From assembly GCA_951812855.1 (NCBI GenBank), contig OX638337.1, positions 1,800,001 to 1,832,000 of the forward strand: a stretch of DNA of 32,000 nucleotides, read 5' to 3'. The first letter of the stretch is position 1, and each line of letters starts with the position of its first letter. Shown in pieces: positions 8,778 through 17,652 of the stretch. The stretch is from an uncultured Lentisphaeria bacterium. Lineage in GTDB: Bacteria > Verrucomicrobiota > Lentisphaeria > JABSQK01 > JAJFLO01. Below the pieces are notes generated by a model. The model searched no databases. It had not been told where the DNA came from and worked only from the letters and a program-made list of their open reading frames with translations. A program made the translations under genes and the position numbers.

Positions 8778-9310
8778 GACGATTCTTTATTGCTTTGCTT
8801 AAAAAATAAATAAATATCCTGAATCACTATGATCAATGTTTTAATTACCAATAAAGAAAAACCAATGGGCAGGATGATTTCAAAAACCCATTCAGGGATT
8901 GATGGGGAAACTGAGGATTCGTAGGCATAGGTTCGTTCATCGATCACAAATTTAATACTATACCAGAAAAAAACAGAACAGACACATGCAGAAATAAGAC
9001 CCGTTATTATCCCCAGACCTGCCTTGACACGATCTGAAACAAAAGTACTGAAAACATCAATAGTGATATGCTTCCGATCGTGAGTAGCAGCACCAGCACC
9101 AAATAATGCCAGCCATAAAACAAGGTGACGTGACAAAGGCTCAGTCCAATTGAAGCTTAAATTACTAAAATTTCTGGTTAAAATTGGCAGCAAACCAAGA
9201 CAAACAATTGAGAATAATATTAGCGAAAACAATACTTCTTCTGAAATTCTGATTATTTTCTTTAATATATTCTCTTCTTTGGTAATACCCTGATCGTCAT
9301 CTATATCCAT
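8774..9310 (-). CDS. dctQ: TRAP transporter small permease subunit (DctQ family)
   Basis: 178 aa with four hydrophobic segments, positioned between the DctP-like and DctM genes. Contains HITIDVF, resembling the DctQ H-x-x-x-D region. Confidence 0.8.
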   Translation of the reverse strand: MDIDDDQGITKEENILKKIIRISEEVLFSLILFSIVCLGLLPILTRNFSNLSFNWTEPLSRHLVLWLALFGAGAATHDRKHITIDVFSTFVSDRVKAGLGIITGLISACVCSVFFWYSIKFVIDERTYAYESSVSPSIPEWVFEIILPIGFSLLVIKTLIIVIQDIYLFFKQSNKESS

Positions 9311-9359
9311 AATCAGTTTTTAACACTATGAAAATTAAGTCGTCCTACCCTTAACCGTA

Positions 9360-10406
9360 CTATTTCTGTTTCTGTTTCTGTTTTCGAAATGTTGTCAATG
9401 ATGAATTCATTAAATCAAGTAACGCTCTGGAAAAATACTCTCCAACTAATGATTCAGCTGCTTTTCTTGAAGTGTGCTGAAATTCAATAGCTCCCTGATT
9501 TGTCACATTTACCATCTTTAAACCGTGTGACTTCATTACATCCAATGCATCACTGTTTTGATTTCGGACTGTATTTGTTAAAACTCTGAAATGCTTTTTG
9601 CAGATTGATTTTATCTTTTTTTGATAATTGCCAGGCAGTTTGTTCCATTTTTCAGCATCGACAATAAAGGCACCAAAGGTATACATTCCCTTCAAATCCA
9701 AATAATAATTAACATAGCTGGACCATTGTAACGACAACATACCAACAGGAGGAGCGATTACGGTCCGAATTAATCCTGATCTAAGTCCCGTTAATACATC
9801 ACTTATTTGTGCCGGCACTGCTGTAACGTTGCCTGCTCGATACAATGCGTTTCCAATTTCATCATCTTCAAACAGCCAGGGTTTAGACGCTCGGAGGCTC
9901 TGAAGATTATTTACCTTATCCTTACTAAATAAATAAACAAATCCTAGATGAGGCCACCCAAGCACTTCAAATCCATTTTTACGACACTGACTTTCCAATT
10001 TCGGACTCACCTTTTTGAAAACAGAATCAAATTCTTCATAATTTTTAAAAACATTAGGAAGTTGCATTACTAATGAATCCTTGCAGAGTTTAGATAGTCC
10101 AGCTCCGGTAAAGCCTGCTCCCTGCAATTGTCTTATACGAATCTTTCGCAATACAGTTAATTCATCACCTTGAATGCCACCCGGGTAACATTTCAATTTA
10201 ACATCACCATTTGTGACTTTTTCAACTTCATCCGCGATTTCGTTGTATGCCTTTATCCAAACACTACGATCGGGTGCCAGTGTTGCAATTTTGAATTTAT
10301 ACTTTGCAGATTTTTTCGCAAAGGCGTCAGGCTGAATAACAAGAGAGAAAATAATACAAAAAATAATAGAAGGTAATTTCTCAAATCTAAGGTCTGACAG
10401 TTTCAT
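9360..10406 (-). CDS. dctP: TRAP transporter substrate-binding protein (DctP family, TatP-like)
   Basis: 348 aa with an N-terminal signal peptide (...VIQPDAFAKK). DctP-like layout (KFKIATLAP..., ...VKLKCYPGGIQGDE...). Sits between the tatT-like gene and dctQ. The C-terminus ends KQKQKQK. Confidence 0.85.
   Translation of the reverse strand: MKLSDLRFEKLPSIIFCIIFSLVIQPDAFAKKSAKYKFKIATLAPDRSVWIKAYNEIADEVEKVTNGDVKLKCYPGGIQGDELTVLRKIRIRQLQGAGFTGAGLSKLCKDSLVMQLPNVFKNYEEFDSVFKKVSPKLESQCRKNGFEVLGWPHLGFVYLFSKDKVNNLQSLRASKPWLFEDDEIGNALYRAGNVTAVPAQISDVLTGLRSGLIRTVIAPPVGMLSLQWSSYVNYYLDLKGMYTFGAFIVDAEKWNKLPGNYQKKIKSICKKHFRVLTNTVRNQNSDALDVMKSHGLKMVNVTNQGAIEFQHTSRKAAESLVGEYFSRALLDLMNSSLTTFRKQKQKQK
9363..9380. 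repeat. In-frame hexanucleotide tandem repeat (TTTCTG)x3 at the 3' end of dctP, encoding the (KQ)n tail
   Basis: tttctg at 9363-9368, 9369-9374 and 9375-9380, followed by the degenerate copy ttttcg. Confidence 0.9.
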
Positions 10407-10421
10407 AATATAGTTTCCTGA

Positions 10422-11285
10422 CTAAAATAAATCTTCTATATTTTCAAGTAAGTAATTAGCACGTGAAATCGCGATTTCATTAGACAATCGAATATCTGGC
10501 CGTATTCCTGCGTCCGTATTTATTACTTTATTTAAGGTTTCCGTAAAAAGTTTGTCGTCCAGAGTTGCTCGTGCATAATACTCTGCAAATGTTACCAGGG
10601 GGAGTAAACTTCCTTCCCCTGAAATTCTCATCGCCTTTTCAAAATGCGACTTACTTTTTACTAAATCTCGTCCAGAATTTCTGGGTTGAACTGCAAAATA
10701 TATTCCATAAAATATATGGATTGCTCCATTCTTATATTCGTCATCAAGCTCTAAAACTCTATTCATCAATACGAATGCTTTTGGAAGGTCCGCGATTGCC
10801 TTCATCGAATCTATGTTTGTTAAGATCCAACCCATCCATACAGAAGCAGTTGTAAACAAGTAGGGAATATCTTTCTTATTTAATTGTTTAACTGTTCTTT
10901 CCAAATCTATAACAGAAATTGCATGGAGATCATCCACATACCCTTTATTCTCAAATAAATGGAAACCATGTCTTTTCCCAGTTTCAAACAGTTTTTTAGC
11001 TCGATCCAGATTCTCTTCGTCAATTAAAAAAGCCTGACAGTAAGTATTATACGCATTTGCAGCGGAATATAACAGATCTACATTCCGGGGATCTGATAAT
11101 ACTAAACTATCCAATAGAATTAAGATTGTTGGAACACCCTGTCTTATTGTTTCAGGATCATTATAACATTCGATAGTTTCTACAATATCTCCAACCACAT
11201 CTTTCAAAGAAACACAAGACATGTTAAATATTGATAATAATACAATTCCTGCTATGAAAATATTCTCTTTTTTAATATTTATCAT
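10422..11285 (-). CDS. tatT: TRAP transporter T-component (TatT family, TPR-like, probable lipoprotein)
   Basis: 287 aa with a signal-like N-terminus ending ...SIFNMSC. By-eye match to the TatT family pattern: YNDPETIRQGVPTILILLDSLVLSDPRN, HIFYGIYFAVQPRNSGRDLVKSKSHFEKAMRISGEG, and the C-terminal SRANYLLENIEDLF. It is the first gene of the dctPQM operon, 15 nt from dctP. Confidence 0.75.
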   Translation of the reverse strand: MINIKKENIFIAGIVLLSIFNMSCVSLKDVVGDIVETIECYNDPETIRQGVPTILILLDSLVLSDPRNVDLLYSAANAYNTYCQAFLIDEENLDRAKKLFETGKRHGFHLFENKGYVDDLHAISVIDLERTVKQLNKKDIPYLFTTASVWMGWILTNIDSMKAIADLPKAFVLMNRVLELDDEYKNGAIHIFYGIYFAVQPRNSGRDLVKSKSHFEKAMRISGEGSLLPLVTFAEYYARATLDDKLFTETLNKVINTDAGIRPDIRLSNEIAISRANYLLENIEDLF

Positions 11286-11558
11286 GGCTTTTACAGATTT
11301 TTTAAGAATAAAAACTTTACTCTATGAATCTATGCACGGGGAAAATCTATATTAATACCTGATGCCCAAGACTTCAAAGGAATATCAATTCAAAGGTTAT
11401 GTGATACGCAGAGAATCGCAAGAGTTCAGTCAAATCGAAATTTATTTTGAACTTACTACTTAAACGAATAATACAGGTTGTACCACGTTAATGGTATTCA
11501 AATTTAGGTAGGGTAATTATGAATAGTAAGGAAAATGAAAAAGATATACCAACTATAA

Positions 11559-12314
11559 TCAATCTTTTTTACGATCATCTGCCTTTTGAGATTTTTCCTC
11601 AGCCGAATCACTCTCAGGATGTTCGGTATCACTGTCTTTCAAAGATTCCGTTTCAGTCTTATTCTGCTCAGTTTCTTTGCTAACCTTGACAAAGGAATCT
11701 ACAGCCTTTTTCTCAGAGGATAACTTAACCTTATCAGACTTTGAAGTTGTATCACTGCCACGTGGGGAATTCTCATTCTCTGCATCAATAAACTTTTCTG
11801 CATCAACCTGGTCGCTCTTGGAACTTTTTCTGGCATCTTGTTTCTGAGTACCTGCCGGACTCTCACCAGTTTCATCAGTCACTTCTACGTTGTTTTCCTT
11901 TGTTGCTACAGGCTTTCCTTTACCAGATTTTGACTTTTTGATTTGGTTTTTTTTTAATTCCTGTTCCACAAATTCCAAATAGCACATTGGAGCTGCATCT
12001 CCGCGTCGTTGCCTAAGTTTGATTATTCTTGTATACCCTCCGTCTCGCTCTGTATATTTTGGGGCAATCTCATCAAATAATTTCCTGACAGCATCGACTT
12101 GATGAAGCTTTGAAATCGCTCTGCGACGATGGTGAAGTGATTCTCGCTTTCCTAAAGTTACCATTTTTTCAGCGAATCGTTTCACTTCCTTAGCTTTAGC
12201 TAAAGTAGTATAAATACGCCCCTCTATAATCAAGCTGCATACTTGATTTGCTAATAGGGATCTTACATGATCAGGCCTACGGCCAATCTTAAATATTCGT
12301 TTCCGGTGCCGCAT
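11559..12314 (-). CDS. rplQ: 50S ribosomal protein L17 with a ~130-aa low-complexity C-terminal extension
   Basis: N-terminal ~118 aa MRHRKRIFKIGRRPDHVRSLLANQV...GYTRIIKLRQRRGDAAPMCYLEFV is canonical L17. The remainder is K/E/S/D-rich. ATG lies 3 nt after the rpoA stop. Confidence 0.93.
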   Translation of the reverse strand: MRHRKRIFKIGRRPDHVRSLLANQVCSLIIEGRIYTTLAKAKEVKRFAEKMVTLGKRESLHHRRRAISKLHQVDAVRKLFDEIAPKYTERDGGYTRIIKLRQRRGDAAPMCYLEFVEQELKKNQIKKSKSGKGKPVATKENNVEVTDETGESPAGTQKQDARKSSKSDQVDAEKFIDAENENSPRGSDTTSKSDKVKLSSEKKAVDSFVKVSKETEQNKTETESLKDSDTEHPESDSAEEKSQKADDRKKD

Positions 12315-12317
12315 TTA

Positions 12318-13340
12318 TTAAACCTCTGATAATTTACGCCTTTTTTCATAGTCTTTCTGAAAAGCAATTCTAACAGTTTCAGGGATCTCTATGTTTAGTT
12401 CCAAACCAACATCTTTTATTTTTTCTCTTATTTCAGTCAGTGATTTCTGTCCGAAATTACGATATTTTAACATTTCTGCTTCAGATTTTTGAACCAATTC
12501 ACCCAGGGTTCTAATATCTGCATTGTTTAAACAATTCTGTGAACGTACAGAAAGTTCTAAATCATGTACGCTTCTCAATAACTCTCTTAATAACGCTTCG
12601 TCTTCAGGGTTTGTAATTATTGACGATGCATCATCTTCTTTGCTGCCAGACCCAACGAAAACAGTTATGTGGTCGATTAGAATACGAGCAGCCTGGTTAA
12701 TTGCATCAGCAGGTTTCATTCGGCCATCGGTTGTAATTTCAATTTCCAATTTATCATAATCCGTTCGCTGCCCTACACGACAATCAAAAACATTATAAGC
12801 AACTCTCCTTACAGGATTAAATAAACAATCAATAGGAATGACACCGATTGGCTGGTCATCACTCTTATTTTCTTCAGCCGGTCTGAATCCCCTGCCTTTA
12901 GTAATTTCCATCTCGATTTGAAGTTCACGCTTCTTATCCAGAGTACAAATCAATTGATCTGGATTTAATACCTTTGTGACACTGTCTTCCCTTACATCTG
13001 CAGCTGTAACTTCCCCTGTTTTATTAACTTTAAGCTCTAACTTCCTTGGTAAATCACCAGAACATTGGAAAAGAACTCTCTTAAAGTTTAAAACAATATC
13101 AATCACATCTTCAACAACATTTGGCAGCGTACCAAATTCATGGGATACACCATCAATTCTTATTGAAGATATTGATATTCCCTCTAACGATGAAAGCAAT
13201 ACCCGCCTTAATGCATTCCCGAGTGTATTGCCAAATCCTTTTTCCAAAGGTTCTGCAATAAATTTTGCATAGGTATCTGTTTGAGTATCGGTATCGACAA
13301 CAAGTTGATTTGGTTTCGCAAACATATCAAAAGTAGGCAT
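12318..13340 (-). CDS. rpoA: DNA-directed RNA polymerase alpha subunit
   Basis: 340 aa. Contains ...GNTLGNALRRVLLSS..., and the C-terminal domain LELSVRSQNCLNNADIRTLGELV is a typical alpha-CTD helix-hairpin-helix. Confidence 0.97.
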   Translation of the reverse strand: MPTFDMFAKPNQLVVDTDTQTDTYAKFIAEPLEKGFGNTLGNALRRVLLSSLEGISISSIRIDGVSHEFGTLPNVVEDVIDIVLNFKRVLFQCSGDLPRKLELKVNKTGEVTAADVREDSVTKVLNPDQLICTLDKKRELQIEMEITKGRGFRPAEENKSDDQPIGVIPIDCLFNPVRRVAYNVFDCRVGQRTDYDKLEIEITTDGRMKPADAINQAARILIDHITVFVGSGSKEDDASSIITNPEDEALLRELLRSVHDLELSVRSQNCLNNADIRTLGELVQKSEAEMLKYRNFGQKSLTEIREKIKDVGLELNIEIPETVRIAFQKDYEKRRKLSEV

Positions 13341-13459
13341 AAAATGCTCCAGAATTTTTAGTATTGAAATTCATATCCATGAATAATTTTTTACTATATA
13401 AAAAAAAAATGGAATTTAATGATTACAGCCGGGAGGAAATTACGAATCTGAATTAACAA

Positions 13460-14080
13460 CTATTTAGAATACAACTCAACGATTAACTGTTCATTAGCAA
13501 CAGATTGAATCTCTGATCTCAATGGCGATCTGATAAATTTCCCTTTTAATTGTTCTTTATCGATTAATAACCATTCAGGAATCTCTCGACCACTATTTTC
13601 TTCAGAAAAACGCTGAACCAAAGCTTTTGATCGAACTGAATCTTTTACTGTCACTTCATCATCAGCCCTTAAATGAAACGAAGGAATACTGACTCGTCGG
13701 TCATTTATTTTCAGGTGGCCATGAGTTATTAATTGCTTTGCAGCGTCTCTGGTTGGAGCGATTCCCATTCGATAAACAATATTATCGAACCGTGTTTCAA
13801 GTAATATCAATAAATTATCCGCCGTGATCCCTTTTTGCTTTTGAGCTCTGCCAAAGGCAACCCGAAACTGCCGCTCGCCCATTCCATAAGTATATTTAAG
13901 CTTTTGCTTTTCCGTCAGCTGCAAGCCATAATCAGAAACCCTCTTTCTACTATTCTTTGCTCCATGAACACCAGGTGCCGCTGGACGCCGGCTCAACAGC
14001 CTGTCAAATTTTGGATTCCCGTATATATTAATTCCGAAACGGCGAACTATTTTTCCTTTTGCCCCTCTGAATCTTGACAT
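13460..14080 (-). CDS. rpsD: 30S ribosomal protein S4
   Basis: 206 aa. MSRFRGAKGKIVRRFG..., SDYGLQLTEKQKLKYTYG, and the S4 domain LETRFDNIVYRMGIAPTRDAAKQLITHGH. Confidence 0.97.
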   Translation of the reverse strand: MSRFRGAKGKIVRRFGINIYGNPKFDRLLSRRPAAPGVHGAKNSRKRVSDYGLQLTEKQKLKYTYGMGERQFRVAFGRAQKQKGITADNLLILLETRFDNIVYRMGIAPTRDAAKQLITHGHLKINDRRVSIPSFHLRADDEVTVKDSVRSKALVQRFSEENSGREIPEWLLIDKEQLKGKFIRSPLRSEIQSVANEQLIVELYSK

Positions 14081-14118
14081 TAATCATTAACTCCAGTTTA
14101 AAAACTATTCAGTGATTG

Positions 14119-14553
14119 TTATACACGCCTGCGTTTTGGCGGTCGACATCCGTTATGCGGCACTGGTGTAATATCGCGAATTGATGTCACTGTTAATCCC
14201 GCTGCGACGACACCACGCACAGACGACTCTCTGCCTGCTCCAGGACCTTTAATTTCAATCTCAGCTTCTACCATTCCATATGTTTTGGCTCGTTTGACTG
14301 CTTCAACGGCAACGACCTGTGCCGCATATGCCGTACTCTTTCTTGATCCCTTGAAACCCATTTTCCCGCCAGATGCCCATGAAACAATATTCCCATTCAT
14401 ATCAGAAATATAAACTTTGGTATTGTTAAATGTTGCATGAACATGAACAATGCCTTTTGTAACATCGGTTATCTGCTTCTTTGTCCCCTTTTTTCTTTTA
14501 ACCGGAGACAAAACCATTTTTGTTATATCATCTGACAGTATATCGTCTGACAT
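14119..14553 (-). CDS. rpsK: 30S ribosomal protein S11
   Basis: 144 aa. [30 protein letters not shown]...[13 protein letters not shown]. An alternative start at the internal Met ([10 protein letters not shown], complement of 14517) would give a more typical length. Confidence 0.94.
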   Translation of the reverse strand: MSDDILSDDITKMVLSPVKRKKGTKKQITDVTKGIVHVHATFNNTKVYISDMNGNIVSWASGGKMGFKGSRKSTAYAAQVVAVEAVKRAKTYGMVEAEIEIKGPGAGRESSVRGVVAAGLTVTSIRDITPVPHNGCRPPKRRRV

Positions 14554-14574
14554 TGTATAAAATCCCTATATAAA

Positions 14575-14976
14575 TTACTCTGATTTTGCTATTTTCCTAG
14601 CAGCTTTGTCTCGAATAGCACCGACGGTACGCTTACCACCTTTTCGAGTTCTTGCGTTTGTTTTTGTTCGTTGTCCCCGCACTGGTAAACCTCTCTTATG
14701 TCGTGAACCTCTATAGCTTCCAATTGATATAAGCCGCTTTACATCCTGGGAAACCTGTCTGCGCAAATCACCTTCGACTAAAAAACTCTCATTTTGAATT
14801 GTGGAGTTTAGTATTCCAAAATCTGATTCTGACAGTTGAGAGACTCCAGCTTCTGGATCTATATTACATTTTTTACAAAGCTCCAGTGCACGAACTGGCC
14901 CAATTCCAAAAATATACGTAAGTGCTATCTTTATTTTTTTATTTGACGGAATGTCGGCCCCAACAATTCTTGGCAT
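14575..14976 (-). CDS. rpsM: 30S ribosomal protein S13
   Basis: 133 aa. MPRIVGADIPSNKKIKIALTYIFGIG...YRGSRHKRGLPVRGQRTKTNARTRKG. Confidence 0.97.
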   Translation of the reverse strand: MPRIVGADIPSNKKIKIALTYIFGIGPVRALELCKKCNIDPEAGVSQLSESDFGILNSTIQNESFLVEGDLRRQVSQDVKRLISIGSYRGSRHKRGLPVRGQRTKTNARTRKGGKRTVGAIRDKAARKIAKSE

Positions 14977-15004
14977 GTTATCAAACCTTACTTAAAATTT
15001 TCAT

Positions 15005-15118
15005 TTAACCTTGACGCTGTTTGTGTCTTGGATCTTTGCATACAACTCTAATTAATCCGTGTCGTTTAATTACTCTGCAGTTAACGCAACGTCGTTTTAC
15101 AGATGCTCTGACCTTCAT
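15005..15118 (-). CDS. rpmJ: 50S ribosomal protein L36
   Basis: Too small for the ORF track. My reverse-strand translation from ATG (complement of 15118-15116) gives [37 protein letters not shown], then a stop. This is a canonical L36 with its C-x2-C...C...H zinc motif, 28 nt upstream of rpsM. Confidence 0.92.
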   Translation of the reverse strand: MKVRASVKRRCVNCRVIKRHGLIRVVCKDPRHKQRQG

Positions 15119-15401
15119 AATATCCTCATTATGGCATTGGCATCGCTATGATTTGTAAAATAGCGAAAATTATAGGAAAAGGGGTAAACTGGGATTAGGA
15201 GTGACTATTGTCAAGGGTGAAAGTAAAAAATAAATTTAATTTCCCCCGTATTAATTTTTACCTTCTTCAAATTCAGCTGACAATAGCAATACCGACGGTC
15301 AATTCACTTAATAAAGTACAATTAAAAATTAATCCTGTTTTTCAAAATAAAATACCCAATCACTTTGTGAGGGAATAATGTGTTTCCTTCACTGTTTTTT
15401 A

Positions 15402-16175
15402 TCAACATAAATCATTTACCCAAGTCAATATCTCAGGTTTGTCCTGTGTAATTAATACCATATGTTCAAAGTGTGCAGACCATCCTCCATCAGCTGTTCT
15501 TACCGTCCAGCCATCGCTGTCAATGCTAACCTTGTGATGCCCTGTATTAACCATTGGCTCAAGTGCAAGCACCATTCCCGGTTGCAATTTTTCACGCGAC
15601 TTTGCTGTTGGATAATTTGGTACTTCTGGCGGTTCATGAAGTTTCACTCCACAGCCATGGCCGACAAAATCTCTTACGACACTAAATCCCGCTGCAGTGA
15701 CTAATGAGTGAACCGCCTCACCGATGTCTTGAACCATATTATTACAAACAGCCGTTTCAATGGCAACCTGTAAACTTTTTTGAGTGACTGCAAGTAAATC
15801 TGCAATCTTCCCGGCCGGGGGTCCTACACTTACAGTCCTTGCGGTATCTCCAATGAATCCGTTTAATTTTATACCCACATCCAAACTAACGATATCACCG
15901 ATTTTTATGGTTTTTTCAATTCGCCCGATTCCATGAACCACCTCATCGTTTACGGAGATACATATTTGAGCAGGAAATCCATGATAGTTAAAAAAAGCAC
16001 TCTCCCCACCGCAGTTCTTTATCAATTCTCCTGCATATTGGTCAATCTCCAGAGTCGTTGCACCGGGGCGAACATAGCGACAAATTTCATCGAGAACCTG
16101 AGATGTTGTCTGAGCTGCTTTGCGAATACCTTTAATTTCTTTTTTTGAATGTATTACAACGCTTTGCTTTCCCAT
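15402..16175 (-). CDS. map: Methionine aminopeptidase, type I
   Basis: 257 aa with metal-ligand blocks: DIVSLDVGIKLNGFIGDTARTV, GHGCGVKLHEPPEVPNY, LEPMV and FEHMVLIT. Confidence 0.95.
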   Translation of the reverse strand: MGKQSVVIHSKKEIKGIRKAAQTTSQVLDEICRYVRPGATTLEIDQYAGELIKNCGGESAFFNYHGFPAQICISVNDEVVHGIGRIEKTIKIGDIVSLDVGIKLNGFIGDTARTVSVGPPAGKIADLLAVTQKSLQVAIETAVCNNMVQDIGEAVHSLVTAAGFSVVRDFVGHGCGVKLHEPPEVPNYPTAKSREKLQPGMVLALEPMVNTGHHKVSIDSDGWTVRTADGGWSAHFEHMVLITQDKPEILTWVNDLC

Positions 16176-16454
16176 ACGATTACTGTCGATTATATCGTTT
16201 AAAATGTACTCTTCGCTATATAAATTCAGTCAGGCATTGTAAAATTGGATAACTTACAAGTCAAACAATCATGAAACTGTCTTTGCTGTCTGTATCTGTG
16301 TTGATGATGGCTCCATTATTGTTTTATTCTCGCAACGTTATAGTATCGTATTAATTTGTTGTGAGAAATCCTGAAATATTCAATTAAATAATGTCCTTTG
16401 GTGTGAAGTTAAAGTTAAAATAGATTATACTGAACTTTCCAGAGGTTTTCTTTT

Positions 16455-16970
16455 TCAATCAACAAAATCCATTTCGGGTTCGTCAGCAGTTGGTCCGTAA
16501 GTTTTTGGTAAAGGAATATTGCATACGCGCATGTAAACAGTTAATTGTCCCCGGTGATGAATTAAATGGCTGATGATAAATGATCGAAAAACAGACGATT
16601 TTGGTATATTTTTCATGACTGTTTTTCCGCCGGCAATCATTTTCCAGGGCTTCAACAGGTCTTCGTCCGATTTTCCATTCAGTGCTCCTTCAGCAATCTT
16701 CATATTGTTATTTATCATTTCAAGCAAATCTGCCTGTGATGTGGCAATGACTGGTTTATACGTTTCCATATCCAACTCAAATATATCGAGATTAACAATC
16801 TCATTCGCCCAGGCAATCGTTTCAACAGAATGACCCGCCAACTGGCCCATTGTCATTGATTTTTCATGGGGTTTATAATTCATATGTTTTGAATCAATAC
16901 GGGAAAAATGTTTTTTTGTAACGTCAACCTCGCGATTCAATTCGTTAATAAGTGCTTCTGCCAAGACCAT
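16455..16970 (-). CDS. DinB-family (DinB/YfiT-like) putative metal-dependent protein
   Basis: Four-helix-bundle DinB pattern with His-containing motifs (...MGQLAGHSVETIAW..., ...FIISHLIHHRGQLTVYMR...). The ORF track starts at GTG 17015. I prefer the internal ATG (complement of 16970-16968), which has AAGGA 6 nt upstream and gives 171 aa. Confidence 0.72.
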   Translation of the reverse strand: MVLAEALINELNREVDVTKKHFSRIDSKHMNYKPHEKSMTMGQLAGHSVETIAWANEIVNLDIFELDMETYKPVIATSQADLLEMINNNMKIAEGALNGKSDEDLLKPWKMIAGGKTVMKNIPKSSVFRSFIISHLIHHRGQLTVYMRVCNIPLPKTYGPTADEPEMDFVD

Positions 16971-17153
16971 TATTTTTCCTTTCTGATTTCTATTATTAAA
17001 TATCACATCTGTCACTCAATGAATAAAATTAAAGATATCCATCAGGGCAATTTTGTACAGGTGCACCGTTATGATATGAACCACTTTTCAGGAAGTATCC
17101 TATAACATTAACGGATCTATACTTTTACAAAAAGGCTTACTGAACGTTATCTA

Positions 17154-17378
17154 TTAAGAAATAATAAACTGAATGTAGGCACCTGCTAAGAGTATGAATA
17201 CCTCAACAATCAAAAAAAATCGCATTAAACTTGTTTTTTTATAGACAACTTTGCAATTACATGCATGCTCTATCCCAGTTAGTCTTTCCCCGATGCACGG
17301 GTTGCATATATGATAGCCAATGACAGTAGCCGGATCATTATATCGAATCTCCGAGCAAAGTATCGTCTGTCTGGACAA
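17154..17378 (-). CDS. Hypothetical small protein: Cys-rich N-terminal part plus C-terminal hydrophobic helix (coding status doubtful)
   Basis: 74-codon ORF with a TTG start and no recognisable family. Cys pattern HICNPC...HACNC, then MRFFLIVEVFILLAGAYIQFIIS. No clear RBS. Confidence 0.2.
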   Translation of the reverse strand: MSRQTILCSEIRYNDPATVIGYHICNPCIGERLTGIEHACNCKVVYKKTSLMRFFLIVEVFILLAGAYIQFIIS

Positions 17379-17546
17379 GGGGTAAAAAGATCATTCTCCG
17401 GATAATGGCATATACAATTCTCCCACTTCAAAAAACGCCTGGTTTTACCAGATACAATAAGTAGCGTTAAGCCAAAATGTAACTATACCAAACTTGATTT
17501 GTTTTTTCAGGTATAGCACTGGATAAAACCTCATAAGGAATATTGG

Positions 17547-17574
17547 AAAAACTGCCGTTTGCAGCACAAACGAC
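17547..17574 (-). terminator. Rho-independent terminator downstream of the second dctM
   Basis: On the minus strand: GTCGTTTG-tgctg-CAAACGGC (8-bp stem including one G-U, 5-nt loop), followed by AG TTTTT. It lies about 80 nt after the dctM stop codon (17653-17655). Confidence 0.6.
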
Positions 17575-17652
17575 TTTTCAATCAATATATAGCCCCAAAC
17601 TGCTAATCCGGGACGTTTTGAATGTGGTCAGAGAAATTGACCGGTTACAATA

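Noticed and set aside
11480-11500. TACCA-cgttaa-TGGTA hairpin downstream of rplQ as the alpha-operon terminator
   Set aside because: The stem is only 5-6 bp with no U-run on the minus strand, which is too weak to annotate.
15119-15401. Possible infA remnant or small gene between map and rpmJ
   Set aside because: All three minus-strand frames translated by eye are interrupted by multiple stops and show no IF-1-like sequence. The 9-bp inverted repeat (15205-15213 / 15278-15286) is too short to call a structured RNA without covariation data.
16271-16354. 27-codon plus-strand ORF (MKLSLLSVSVLMMAPLLFYSRNVIVSY) in the map/DinB spacer
   Set aside because: It looks signal-peptide-like, but there is no RBS, no family resemblance and no supporting context. 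It is most likely a chance ORF in AT-rich DNA.
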